Shown here: positions 38,908 through 48,079 of the stretch, piece after piece | Layout of the letters: every line of letters begins with the position of its first letter | Numbering within the stretch: the first letter of the stretch is position 1 | Assembly (NCBI GenBank): GCA_964462785.1 | Contig: CAYWZA010000004.1 | Span: 1-58,285, forward strand | Source: an uncultured Candidatus Saccharibacteria bacterium | GTDB taxonomy: Bacteria > Patescibacteriota > Minisyncoccia > Phycocordibacterales > UBA2100 | Length of the DNA stretch: 58,285 nucleotides | Direction of reading: 5' to 3' | Notes under the pieces: model-generated | What the model saw: the letters and a program-made list of their open reading frames with translations, nothing else | Told to the model about the DNA's origin: nothing | Database searches by the model: none | Program-made: the position numbers and the translations under genes

Positions 38908-38957
38908 CTGAACGAGCACTAAAGCGCCGGAGGTTTTACCCTCTGGCGCTTTTTTTG
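38908..38957 (+). ncRNA. candidate ~50-nt small RNA (promoter directly followed by terminator)
   Basis: The predicted start lies ~7 nt after the -10. A ~15-nt single-stranded 5' part is followed by the stem agcgccggagg/cctctggcgct. The stem's G-U pair is only valid on the plus strand. T7 follows. Confidence 0.35.
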
Positions 38958-39018
38958 GTGTTGTTGGTTACTGGGTTCAGGTACTGCTTTCGAGAATGAC
39001 TGATCATCATCTGCCACC

Positions 39019-39615
39019 CTACTTCTTTTTTGCGATAAAATGGAATGTGTGCCAATGCTTTTTACCGCCAGCAGAAAGGCGATCATCTCCATCAACTTCG
39101 TCGAACGAGAGGATATTACAGTCCTGTAGGAGTTTTTCTGCCTTCTCACGCGTAACAAATGTGTGCGTCCCAGAACCATCATTCCGCTCATCCTTCGGTC
39201 CAAAAAATTGCCCAGTGACAATGCCTCCGGACTTCAGCGATGCGATCAAGGACGCAAACATCGTGTCAAATGTTTGCGGTGGATTAAACGGCAGTGAATA
39301 CTGCGCATTAATAAGGTCATACGATTCCGGATCAAAGTTGAATGTGTCGAACGTGCTCACATGATACTCGAAATGATCCGGTGGGAATGTTGCTGCTCTT
39401 GCCTGAACGACAGGGTCAGTTTCAACAGAATGCAAATTCACCGCGGTCACCGAGCGAAACCCTTGTTCCAATAGATACGCAGACTCATTGAGTGCACCGG
39501 GGCCAAGATCGAGAGCGTTATCCCTCGCTTGCACATACGGCATCGCTCTTACCAGTAATTCTCGCGGCGATTTTTCTTTTGTCCGCTCCGAATATGTTTT
39601 CCATGGATTATCCAT
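39019..39615 (-). CDS. class I SAM-dependent methyltransferase
   Basis: Motif I-like ALDLGPGALNESAYLLEQG and motif II-like GGIVTGQFFG. The start is set at MDNPWKTY. The upstream part of the ORF lies inside the 253-bp repeat. Confidence 0.72.
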   Translation of the reverse strand: MDNPWKTYSERTKEKSPRELLVRAMPYVQARDNALDLGPGALNESAYLLEQGFRSVTAVNLHSVETDPVVQARAATFPPDHFEYHVSTFDTFNFDPESYDLINAQYSLPFNPPQTFDTMFASLIASLKSGGIVTGQFFGPKDERNDGSGTHTFVTREKAEKLLQDCNILSFDEVDGDDRLSAGGKKHWHTFHFIAKKK

Positions 39616-39624
39616 AACGTTCTT

Positions 39625-39877
39625 TCTGCGGTGAGATTGTATCTGACGCGCGAACCCACTTCGAGAAGCAGACGGCCAACTGACGCACGCGCCACCCGCG
39701 AGGTGACTCGAGCCCCCGTACACGCGCGACCACGCCCCGCCGCCTCCTCTGATTCAGCAGAGAGGCCCGACACCCCGCCCTTTTCCTCATGTTCATTTAT
39801 TTTCGCCCCCAAAATCGAAATGATGCAAAGGGTGGGGTGTACGGCTCTTCTGTTCTGAAAGAGGCGTGCGGGGCTTC
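39625..39877 (-). repeat. 253-bp perfect inverted repeat, copy 1 (R1, inverted)
   Basis: I checked this block by block. It is the exact reverse complement of 48080-48332. Confidence 0.95.
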
Positions 39878-39889
39878 CAACTACGCTCT

Positions 39890-39966
39890 CCAACGGCTCA
39901 GCATTGGAATTCAACGGCTCAAATGTAAACAAATGAGCCGTTGAGCTATCCGTCCTGAGCCGTTGG
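39890..39966. repeat. nested palindrome with four copies of AACGGCTCA
   Basis: Outer stem ccaacggctcag/ctgagccgttgg (12 bp) and inner stem aacggctca/tgagccgtt (9 bp). It lies between R1 and the last gene of the metal operon. Confidence 0.8.
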
Positions 39967-39974
39967 TCGCGCGG

Positions 39975-40445
39975 TCAGTTTTTGACGTATTTGACGTGCT
40001 TTCCCGTGCTTCCGCTCATTCGCAACAACCCCTCTTTCGCAAGCTGGGCAAGGTGGCGCGTGGCGGTAGCGTCCGAGACATGCAGAAGTTTTTCGACATC
40101 GTCGTTCGTAACCGCGCCCTTCTTCATCACCTCCGCCATGATCCGCTCCAGCTTCGCGCGTTTCTTTGTTTGGATTGTCGCTCTCCCTTTTGCTGCTTTC
40201 TCACGCGCTCCAGATGCAGAAGGCGCGGGGGCAGATGACGGAGCGGGAGTAGGTGGCGTTGTCGGCGCGGGTATAGGCGGAGGTGTTTCGGGAAGCGCGC
40301 GCTCGGGTGTAGGCGCTGGCGCAACTACGGGCGCGGGCGCAGCAACCGGTTCGGGAGGAGGTGACGGAGCCGCCTGCGGCGGCTCCGGTATCGCATCTGC
40401 CTCAGGTGAATCGGCAGACGGCGGCTGTGTTGCGCTATCGTCCAT
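39975..40445 (-). CDS. Pro/Ala-rich protein with C-terminal winged-helix DNA-binding domain
   Basis: The N-terminal ~90 aa are a low-complexity PAPxP region. The C-terminus AVTNDDVEKLLHVSDATATRHLAQLAKEGLL is HTH-like. Confidence 0.5.
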   Translation of the reverse strand: MDDSATQPPSADSPEADAIPEPPQAAPSPPPEPVAAPAPVVAPAPTPERALPETPPPIPAPTTPPTPAPSSAPAPSASGAREKAAKGRATIQTKKRAKLERIMAEVMKKGAVTNDDVEKLLHVSDATATRHLAQLAKEGLLRMSGSTGKHVKYVKN

Positions 40446-40448
40446 ACA

Positions 40449-40895
40449 TTATCGTGTCGGCTCGACATCAGAGCGCGGCGACACTTTATTAACTATCATT
40501 TTACCGATCTGATCAAAGTGCCCACGCGGCTTGCCATCCACGATACCTTCGCCGCACGCGACGGAGCAGTAGTAGGGCCACTCGCCAACGGTGTTGGCGA
40601 TGAATTCGACATGGATGGTGCCGCGTGCAGGCAGGCGCTGCGATACGCCGAACTGATCGAGGGCGAAACCATGATCATAATCATCTTCATTCACCACAGT
40701 GAGCTTCACAAGATCGCCCTGATTGACGGAGAATGTTTCCGGATTCCAATTCCATCGGTTTTTCTGCGCAATGACGGTGAACTCGCGCACCTCACCCGTT
40801 ATCGCAGCGCGCTCACCTGCGACGAATGTGCGATACAGGATGCCGCCAGCCACCAGAACGGCGAGGACGATCAAGACCGAAATATATTTGTTCAT
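40449..40895 (-). CDS. membrane-anchored cupredoxin-domain protein (CuA-like ligand pattern)
   Basis: N-terminal TM helix. DYDHGF ... YYCSVACGEG...GHFDQIGKM resembles H...CxxxCG..H..M with an insertion. Confidence 0.55.
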   Translation of the reverse strand: MNKYISVLIVLAVLVAGGILYRTFVAGERAAITGEVREFTVIAQKNRWNWNPETFSVNQGDLVKLTVVNEDDYDHGFALDQFGVSQRLPARGTIHVEFIANTVGEWPYYCSVACGEGIVDGKPRGHFDQIGKMIVNKVSPRSDVEPTR

Positions 40896-41401
40896 GCCTT
40901 TTTTCGACTAACGAACCAGCCCGCTAATAAACCAACAATGGCACCCAGACTGACGCCCAGCAAAAGAGAATTTGTGTCGACGGTTTTTTCTTGCTTTTGC
41001 ACGTCGATGAGAAAGTCCGGCAGTTCGTGGATTTTCTGCGCTGGGTCATTCACGAACGTAAAGTCGAAGAATACTTCGTGCAATCCCGGGTTCTCGAATA
41101 GGTAGGGATATTCCAAGACGCCTCCATGCACGGAAATGTCTTTCTTTTCGTGGATGAAAGTTTCTGAACCTCTGCCTTCGCTTATCCGAACATTCACCCG
41201 TATATCCTCCTTGATAAGGACCCCCGTTTTGAGGTCAACGAACGAGACAAGCATGGCTGTCTTCGTCCCTGCGATAGGCGTAAACGGTGCTCGGGAAAGA
41301 TTGACCAAGTACCCGTCCTTCACCCGCTGATCGCCGCCATTTGCAAAAGCGGTGAAGGGCAGGAGAACGGATAGTGCGACCACAATGAGTAATTTTTTCA
41401 T
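40892..41401 (-). CDS. secreted, C-terminally anchored hypothetical protein
   Basis: Signal peptide MKKLLIVVALSVLLPFTAFA and a C-terminal TM helix. The ATG lies 1 nt after the copA stop. The ORF is open to 41530. Confidence 0.5.
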   Translation of the reverse strand: MKKLLIVVALSVLLPFTAFANGGDQRVKDGYLVNLSRAPFTPIAGTKTAMLVSFVDLKTGVLIKEDIRVNVRISEGRGSETFIHEKKDISVHGGVLEYPYLFENPGLHEVFFDFTFVNDPAQKIHELPDFLIDVQKQEKTVDTNSLLLGVSLGAIVGLLAGWFVSRKKA

Positions 41402-41402
41402 A

Positions 41403-43667
41403 CTATAATTTGATTGTTTTAAGCCTGAGTGAATTCCCCACGACCGAAACGCTTGAAAACGCCATTGCGGCACCGGCAAATACGGGCGAAAGCGTCCAGC
41501 CGAAGATCGGGTAGAAGAGCCCGCCTGCAAGCGGTATGCCGACGAGATTGTAGATGAACGCCCAGAAAAGATTTTGCTTGATGCCGCGCATGGTCATCTT
41601 CGACAGCTTGATCGCCTTCGCGAGCTTCGAGATATCGCCGTGGAGGAGCGTGATGCCCGCCGATTCGATGGCGACATCGGTTCCCGTCGCCATCGCGATC
41701 CCGACATCGGCTTGCGCAAGCGCGGGAGCATCGTTGACACCATCACCGGCCATAGCGACGACATGCCCTTTTGACTGCAATTCTTTTACTACTCTGAGCT
41801 TGTCCTGGGGTAGTACCTGCGCTACGACCGTTTCGATACCAACTTCGCGCGCGATATATTCAGCCGTGTTTTTATCGTCCCCCGTGAGCATGGTGACCGT
41901 GACGCCGAGCGCATGCAATGCGCTGATCGCATCACTTGCGCCTTCTTTCACTGCGTCAGCGACGTATGCAACGGCAAGAACGCGCGTTTTATCTGCAAGG
42001 ATGACGGGTGTGCGGCCCTTCTTCGTTTCCGTCGCAAGGAGCGCAGTGTCGAAGACAATACCGAGGTCCTGTACCAAGCGCTCGTTTCCGGCATAGTAGG
42101 TGGCACCGGCGACAACTCCCGTCACGCCCTTGCCTTTGAGATTCTCAAAACCGGTAATATCCTTTTTTGCTATGCCATGCTCTTTCGCATGGTTCAATAT
42201 CGCGTGGGCGATAGGATGCTCGGATTTTTGTTCCAAAGTCGCGAGGATAGAAAGCACTTCTTGCTCGCTCATTGAACTTTGATTTGCAATCTCCACAAGC
42301 TCCGGTTTTCCTTTCGTGATCGTGCCTGTTTTATCTACGACAACCGCTGTTACCTTGTAGAGCTTTTCAAGCGTCGCCGCATCCTTGACCAAAATGCCGG
42401 TCGATGCACCCTTCCCGACGCCCACGATGATCGCTGTCGGAGTTGCAAGCCCCAAAGCGCACGGGCACGCTATGACAAGAATCCCCACGAACGAAGCGAG
42501 CCCGAGTGAGAGCGCCACCGGAAAGCCGAGGTATGAAGTTCCCACGGATAGCCAAGTTGCAAGAGAGAGGAATGCGAGCACCAGGACGATTGGAACGAAT
42601 ATCGCGGATATCTTATCCGCTAGGGCCTGTATCGGTGCCTTGCTCCCTTGTGCGTCCTCGACCATCTTGATAATGTGGGAAAGCAAAGTTTCCGAGCCGA
42701 CTTTCGTTGCCTTGAATATGAACGAACCGTCAGTGTTTACCGTTCCCGCAACAACGGCGTCACCCGCTTTTTTCTCGACAGGCATCGGCTCCCCGGTGAT
42801 CATCGCCTCATCGATGAACGAAGAGCCCTCGACCACTGCGCCGTCCACCGGGATGCGTGAGCCTGGTTTTACGATGACGTGGTCACCGTGCACAACTTCG
42901 CCTATGGGAATCTCCATCTCGTTCCCACTGCGCACCACGAGCGCCGTCCTTGCCTGCAAGGTGAGGAGTTTTTCGATCGCGTCTCCAGTCTTAAGCTTGG
43001 CGCGCGCTTCAAGAAACTTTCCAAGCGCAATGAAGGTGATGACGACGATTGTCACGTCGTAATAGGTGTGCTCAACATTGAGATATGCTGAGAGCGGTGC
43101 CTCAAATGCCGTCACGACGAAGCTGTAGAGATACGCGGCGATGGTGCCAATGCCGATCAGCGTATCCATATTCGCCTTTCCATACCGGAGGAAGCGGTAT
43201 ACGCCAAGCAGATACGGTTTGCCGACGACGAAAAGGACGTAGGTCGCCATCAAGGGCAGCAGGTGGTGGATGGGCTCGCTTAGTGTGTGCGGCAACGGCG
43301 ACAGATATCCGAATTGGACAAGCATGTCGATTCCCATGATCAGAAAACTGAACGCCGCAAGCGGAAGTGCCGAGAGGACCAAGAGCCACTGGCTCTGGAG
43401 TTCACGCACCTTTTCCTCCTTTGCGTGATTTCCGCCCGCTTCCGTGCTCTTTGCAGCTTCTGCGCTCAGTGTGTAGCCAAGCGGCTCGACCACCTTCGAC
43501 ATATCGCCGAGCGTTATGATGCGTTCGTCATACGAGATATTCGCCCGCTCAGTCGCATTGTTTACTTCCACTTTTTCAATGCCTTTCTGCTTTTTGAGCG
43601 TACGCTCGATGATGCTTGCGCACGAGGCGCAGTGCATGCCGGTGACGTTAAGTGTTGCTTGTTGCAT
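41403..43667 (-). CDS. copA: copper-translocating P1B-type ATPase
   Basis: N-terminal [12 protein letters not shown], the CPC motif ([12 protein letters not shown]), DKTGTIT, and [10 protein letters not shown]. Confidence 0.93.
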   Translation of the reverse strand: MQQATLNVTGMHCASCASIIERTLKKQKGIEKVEVNNATERANISYDERIITLGDMSKVVEPLGYTLSAEAAKSTEAGGNHAKEEKVRELQSQWLLVLSALPLAAFSFLIMGIDMLVQFGYLSPLPHTLSEPIHHLLPLMATYVLFVVGKPYLLGVYRFLRYGKANMDTLIGIGTIAAYLYSFVVTAFEAPLSAYLNVEHTYYDVTIVVITFIALGKFLEARAKLKTGDAIEKLLTLQARTALVVRSGNEMEIPIGEVVHGDHVIVKPGSRIPVDGAVVEGSSFIDEAMITGEPMPVEKKAGDAVVAGTVNTDGSFIFKATKVGSETLLSHIIKMVEDAQGSKAPIQALADKISAIFVPIVLVLAFLSLATWLSVGTSYLGFPVALSLGLASFVGILVIACPCALGLATPTAIIVGVGKGASTGILVKDAATLEKLYKVTAVVVDKTGTITKGKPELVEIANQSSMSEQEVLSILATLEQKSEHPIAHAILNHAKEHGIAKKDITGFENLKGKGVTGVVAGATYYAGNERLVQDLGIVFDTALLATETKKGRTPVILADKTRVLAVAYVADAVKEGASDAISALHALGVTVTMLTGDDKNTAEYIAREVGIETVVAQVLPQDKLRVVKELQSKGHVVAMAGDGVNDAPALAQADVGIAMATGTDVAIESAGITLLHGDISKLAKAIKLSKMTMRGIKQNLFWAFIYNLVGIPLAGGLFYPIFGWTLSPVFAGAAMAFSSVSVVGNSLRLKTIKL

Positions 43668-43672
43668 ACCGA

Positions 43673-44575
43673 TTATTCTCCATGCTCGGCGAGGATGGGA
43701 AGCCGCTGCCAGGCGTGCCCTCCGTCTGCGCTTTTATAAAGGCTATTCGCCTGCGTGAGCAAGTACATCAGATCGGGATTCTGACGATAATACGAGATGA
43801 AGAGCGGCGTCTCTCCGGAGAAATTTTCAGGAATCGATTCCCATGTCGCGCCTCCGTCTGTACTCTCTGCGAGACCATTTTTCTCTGACGCCGACAAAAT
43901 ACTTTGCCCGTCCGGACTCACCGCGCTTGTCGCCACAAATCCGTCGAACAGCTGTTTCCACGTCGTACCGCCATCGATGCTCTTGAACAGACCGAGCGGA
44001 CTTGAGGCATAGAGCACCTGCGCGTCTTTGGTGTCGGCCGCAAGGTGCACGACAGGAAACTCCGTGGCAGTCTTGCTCCACGACACCCCGCCATCCGTCG
44101 TTTTCTGCAGATCGCCCCTGAACCAACCATACGCGATATTCGGGTCAACGGAGCTCACCACCATCGCGTGGAAGTCGACGGGCCCGCCGAGACCATCCGA
44201 TATTTTCTCCCAACTGAAGCCACCATCCGCCGATTTCTGGAAACCGATGTTGCCGCCATAACTGGGGTGGCCGCTGCTAAAGAAGGTATTGGAATCCGTC
44301 GGATGCGGCGAGAAGCCCATATAGTCGTCACGCTTCGCGCCCACCTGGTACAGATTCTTGTCGTCTTTCAGCAGGAGAAGCCCATAGTGGGTCGCGATGT
44401 ACACCTTGCTCGAATCATTCGGATCAACCGCAAGCCCGTGGCCGTGCGAGATCGCCTGAACGGGGATGAGCTCTTTCGCCGTGGGTTCGCCTCCCGCACC
44501 CGAACGTGACGCAAACCATGCCCCTCCGACGAGAAGAACGACTGCCGTCAGTACCATGATGATTTTTGTTTTCAT
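43673..44575 (-). CDS. secreted BNR/Asp-box repeat beta-propeller-like protein
   Basis: Repeated S/TxDGGxxW boxes: ADGGFSW, TDGGVSW, IDGGTTW, TDGGATW, ADGGHAW. An N-terminal anchor is present. Confidence 0.62.
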   Translation of the reverse strand: MKTKIIMVLTAVVLLVGGAWFASRSGAGGEPTAKELIPVQAISHGHGLAVDPNDSSKVYIATHYGLLLLKDDKNLYQVGAKRDDYMGFSPHPTDSNTFFSSGHPSYGGNIGFQKSADGGFSWEKISDGLGGPVDFHAMVVSSVDPNIAYGWFRGDLQKTTDGGVSWSKTATEFPVVHLAADTKDAQVLYASSPLGLFKSIDGGTTWKQLFDGFVATSAVSPDGQSILSASEKNGLAESTDGGATWESIPENFSGETPLFISYYRQNPDLMYLLTQANSLYKSADGGHAWQRLPILAEHGE

Positions 44576-44576
44576 A

Positions 44577-44789
44577 TCATTGTGTAAGTTCTACTTTATA
44601 ATCTCCGACGCTTTCAATCTCTTTCTTCAGCGTGTCCCAATTGAGCTGATCGGTGTGTTCGATATCCGTTTTTCCTGTCACATAATCCACGGAACACGAC
44701 GCAATCTCTTTGAAGTCGCCGCACACATCCTCGATGAGTGCCTTGCACGCCTTGCAATGAGTGCCTCGGATCGTGATGGTTGTCTTCAT
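44577..44789 (-). CDS. heavy-metal-associated (HMA) domain protein, CopZ-like
   Basis: 70 aa. IRGTHCKACKALIE is a CxxC metal-binding loop. Confidence 0.72.
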   Translation of the reverse strand: MKTTITIRGTHCKACKALIEDVCGDFKEIASCSVDYVTGKTDIEHTDQLNWDTLKKEIESVGDYKVELTQ

Positions 44790-45031
44790 ACTTGTTTTGC
44801 ATCGTCTTTACCTGCGTCCTGCGCACCATGCCCTTTATTCATCATCGCCATCATCAAAACCATCGAGAGCGGGCAGATGAGAAAGACGAGGAATCCTGAA
44901 TGCTTGAGAAGATGCGGTGCGAATACGTATGCGAGCACAATAACAGCGCCAATGCCGACAATGACTCTCGGATTCAGGCAGCACTTGAGCATTTTTTGGA
45001 ATTTCATAGCAGCTTGTGAATGGTTAAGCAT
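44786..45031 (-). CDS. small membrane protein (DUF2933-like)
   Basis: FLICPLSMVLMMAMMNKGHG is Met/His-rich. It overlaps both neighbouring genes by 4-8 nt. Confidence 0.45.
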   Translation of the reverse strand: MLNHSQAAMKFQKMLKCCLNPRVIVGIGAVIVLAYVFAPHLLKHSGFLVFLICPLSMVLMMAMMNKGHGAQDAGKDDAKQV

Positions 45032-46766
45032 CGATGACGTTAAACTGCAGCATCTTGGAGCCCATGCTGCAGGTCGCGTACACGGTGCCCGCCTGAGTCG
45101 GCGTGAATGCGAGCGTGTTTTTGCCGAGCCTCATAGGTAAGGTGACTTCGTACTGTGGGATCACCATGACCGACATGCACCCGCCAAGCGGCACTTTCGC
45201 GTCCATCTCCACTTCCACGGGGACACCCTTCTTCACCGTAAGGGTGTTCGGATAGAAGCCGCGTTCAGCGGTGACAGTGAGCGAGAATTTCTGCGCCTCC
45301 GGTTTCGGAGGGCAGCTCGTAATGCTTGGGTCACACGTGGGAATCGTCGAGGGGTCAGCTTCAAGCGGTGCAGCAACAGTGCCCGTGGTATTCGGCAGCA
45401 CGGTGAAGCCCGAGCCGCGCGTCATCATACCCATGGAGCAGTTGAATGGAATCTCTCCCGCCTCTTTGGGCGTGAATCGGATCGTGGTGATGCCGTTCGG
45501 AGAAAGATATTTCGTAACACCGGTCGTCGGCATCACGATCACTTGCCCACAGCCGACTGCATTCCTGCCGTCTATTCTCCACTCCATCGGTATGCCAGCC
45601 GTTACGGTGAATCTGTTTGGTGAGTACGAGTAGCCGTCCACGCGCATCTCCACTATCTGTTTTCCAGCCACCACGTTCGCCGCCGGCTGCGCTTGAGCGA
45701 TGCCGTTGCTCTGGAACATGCCATCCACGTTCACTCCCGCAAGCGCAAGTCCGTTGTTGATGTTGTAGACGGCCAAGAGGACAACGAGTGCTCCGGCGAA
45801 TTTGATGAAGTGCCGTTGAAATGCGCCCCTGGTGAAGCTCGTGATCGCCGAGAGTGACGCGAGAGCCGGTACGGTGCCGAGCGCAAACATCAACATCGTG
45901 AGGGCACCCACCTTCCAATCGCCCGTCGCAAGCACATAGAGCTGGAGCGCTTGCGTGAATCCGCAGGGCAAGAAGAATGTCAATGCGCCAAGCGTAAACG
46001 GAGCAGCCTTGCTATCGCTTCCCGTGAGGTCGTGAATTTTGTGGCTAAGGAATTTCGGCATCTTGGGCGTGAATCGCCGCATCCAGGGGAAGAGATGCAA
46101 TATCTGGAATCCGAGGATGAGCATGACGACGCTCACGAAGACCATGAGATATCCGTTCACCTGTGCCGAAAGCGTGATGACCGAACCCAATGCGCCCACT
46201 AACGCACCGAGCACCGTGTATCCGATGACTCGCCCGATGTTGAAGTAGATGTGCGGCTTGAATTTCTGCATGCCGGTAAGCTCCGGGTGGAGCTCGCTGT
46301 GCCGTTCGGACACTGCGAGCAAGAGCCCGCCCACCACCGCCATGCAGGTGGAGAAAGCAGCGACGACCCCGATGAGGAACACAAGCCCGTAGCTCATGGT
46401 CTCCGAGATAGCGAATGACGGCAGGATATCGAATCCGCGAAGCACATAATAGAGCGAGACGACGATGAGAAACGCGCCACCGATCTCTAGATAGTCGCGC
46501 CAGCTATTTTTGTGCGTTCCGGCACCTGCTTTGTGCCGATCCTCCCATGACGACACGGAATAGCCATCCGTCTTTACGGACGCGTCGAATTCGTGCAGCG
46601 GGATGTGTTCTCGCGAAACGAAGACCTCAACACTGCCGGAGGTGAAGCTTGCATGCACCTTTTCGACGCCCGGAATCTTCTTGAACTTGCGCTCGATCAA
46701 CACCTCGCAGCTCGCGCAATGCGTGCCATGAACTTTAAGTCTGAATTTTTTAAGATGATTACTCAT
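45024..46766 (-). CDS. HMA domain, polytopic membrane domain (TauE/UreH/DsbD_2-like) and two cupredoxin-like domains fused in one protein
   Basis: N-terminal VHGTHCASCEV, about 6 TM helices with FLPCGFTQ, and C-terminal beta domains with the Cys/Met ligands CSMGMM and CSMGSKM. Confidence 0.6.
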   Translation of the reverse strand: MSNHLKKFRLKVHGTHCASCEVLIERKFKKIPGVEKVHASFTSGSVEVFVSREHIPLHEFDASVKTDGYSVSSWEDRHKAGAGTHKNSWRDYLEIGGAFLIVVSLYYVLRGFDILPSFAISETMSYGLVFLIGVVAAFSTCMAVVGGLLLAVSERHSELHPELTGMQKFKPHIYFNIGRVIGYTVLGALVGALGSVITLSAQVNGYLMVFVSVVMLILGFQILHLFPWMRRFTPKMPKFLSHKIHDLTGSDSKAAPFTLGALTFFLPCGFTQALQLYVLATGDWKVGALTMLMFALGTVPALASLSAITSFTRGAFQRHFIKFAGALVVLLAVYNINNGLALAGVNVDGMFQSNGIAQAQPAANVVAGKQIVEMRVDGYSYSPNRFTVTAGIPMEWRIDGRNAVGCGQVIVMPTTGVTKYLSPNGITTIRFTPKEAGEIPFNCSMGMMTRGSGFTVLPNTTGTVAAPLEADPSTIPTCDPSITSCPPKPEAQKFSLTVTAERGFYPNTLTVKKGVPVEVEMDAKVPLGGCMSVMVIPQYEVTLPMRLGKNTLAFTPTQAGTVYATCSMGSKMLQFNVIDA

Positions 46767-46769
46767 AGG

Positions 46770-47486
46770 TTACTTGTCCGCAAGCGCTTTCTCGATGAGT
46801 GCCTTCACATTCTCATACGGCTGTGCGCCCGAGAGCGGATATTTTTTGCCGTTTGCTGCGATGACGACGCTCCACGGCGTGCCCTGGCCGCCTGTCGCGA
46901 CGGCTTCTTCAAGATTGGCCGCGACATGCTGCGCGTACTTGCCGCTCGAAATGCAGGTGTTGAATTTCGCAGCGTCGAGTCCGACATATGCGGCAATCTT
47001 CGGCAACTCTGCCGGATCAAGTCCGTTGTTCGATGGCGTTACTGCGAAGACACGGTCGATATATGCCCAGAATTTCTCATTGCCGCCGAGCTCGCCTGCG
47101 CATTCTGTCGCCTCCGCTTCTTTGCGAGCCTTCGAGTGCAATTGATCGAGTGGGAAGTGGCGATACACCCATGCGACTTGTCCCTTTCCGTACGTATCGA
47201 TGACCTCGTGCATGGTGCCGTGGAACTGTTTGCAGAACGGGCATTCGGTATCCGAGTATTCGACAATCGTCACTTGAGCGTTCGGGTCACCGAGCACATG
47301 ATCATCTTTTGCGACGGGCTTCACTTGTTCCAGGTCGCCCGCCTGCGCTTGCGGCTGATCTGGCTGCGGAGCGGCGGCTACAGTGCCGCTCGATGCGCGC
47401 CCGTTGAAGAAGAGCGCGCCTGCGATGAATGCGCCTGCGATGACAATCGCGATCGGTGTGCCGAGATTAGTTAATTTTGATTCCAT
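46770..47486 (-). CDS. DsbA-family thiol:disulfide oxidoreductase (paralog of 13119-13817)
   Basis: YSDTECPFCKQFH. It aligns by eye along its whole length with the chromosomal DsbA-like protein. The ORF is open to 47525. Confidence 0.8.
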   Translation of the reverse strand: MESKLTNLGTPIAIVIAGAFIAGALFFNGRASSGTVAAAPQPDQPQAQAGDLEQVKPVAKDDHVLGDPNAQVTIVEYSDTECPFCKQFHGTMHEVIDTYGKGQVAWVYRHFPLDQLHSKARKEAEATECAGELGGNEKFWAYIDRVFAVTPSNNGLDPAELPKIAAYVGLDAAKFNTCISSGKYAQHVAANLEEAVATGGQGTPWSVVIAANGKKYPLSGAQPYENVKALIEKALADK

Positions 47487-47562
47487 AGTTACGAGATTCG
47501 TTAATAGATGCTGCGTGTGCAACAATGCTACACGAGCAGCGACCGCTGCCGCGCGTAGTTCC

Positions 47563-47985
47563 TTAACGAGACTCGTAGAGTCTGGGATTTAGAATACCGT
47601 TTGAGAACAATTCCTGGAGCGGATTTGAGAAAGGAGCATACCCGCTACATGGCTTGAAGGCGTATGGGGCAGAAACATCTGGGGGGACGAGCCGCTTACT
47701 AGAAATAGCGAAAGCCATCGCGAGTGCAATCAGAGACGCAAGGAGTGAGAAAGCATCTTTCCCTTGCGGCAATGTCGTGAGCAAGCTTTGAGATGCAGAA
47801 ATCATCTCAAGGGGCGTCATGTTGCATATCGCAACGCCGAGCGTAAAAGGACAGTCGCTCATCTGCCCATCCATGGCCGTCGTCATCCCCGCGTGTGAAA
47901 ATCCGGGGGTGCCAAACAGTAGAAAAGCAGTGAGTCCAAAGGCAAACGCTAATCGTGCAACATTGCCGCGAGCGATGACTGTCAT
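47563..47985 (-). CDS. secreted/membrane hypothetical protein, first gene of the metal operon
   Basis: Signal-like LAFAFGLTAFLLFGTPGFSHA, a Met/Cys-containing segment and a second TM helix. The ORF is open to 48003. Confidence 0.45.
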   Translation of the reverse strand: MTVIARGNVARLAFAFGLTAFLLFGTPGFSHAGMTTAMDGQMSDCPFTLGVAICNMTPLEMISASQSLLTTLPQGKDAFSLLASLIALAMAFAISSKRLVPPDVSAPYAFKPCSGYAPFSNPLQELFSNGILNPRLYESR

Positions 47986-48079
47986 GCCGAGATTATAGCA
48001 CAACGTAGCTTGGTCCGGAAACGTCGTTTAACACGCCGACCACACCAGCCCGACACACAACATTGTGTGCCCATAACCC

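Noticed and set aside
39549-39932. ORFs of 127 aa and 62 aa here, and their mirror images 48010-48429 and 48161-48421, lie inside the 253-bp repeat.
   Set aside because: Their translations are Arg/Gly/Ala-rich low-complexity strings typical of GC-rich structured DNA. The ORFs cross the repeat boundaries into unrelated sequence with different ends at each copy. They have no RBS. I treat them as non-coding.
39890-39966. I considered whether the repeated AACGGCTCA units are a mini CRISPR array.
   Set aside because: There are only four short (9-12 nt) units. Two of them are inverted, the spacers are irregular, and no cas genes are present. The units form a nested palindrome instead.
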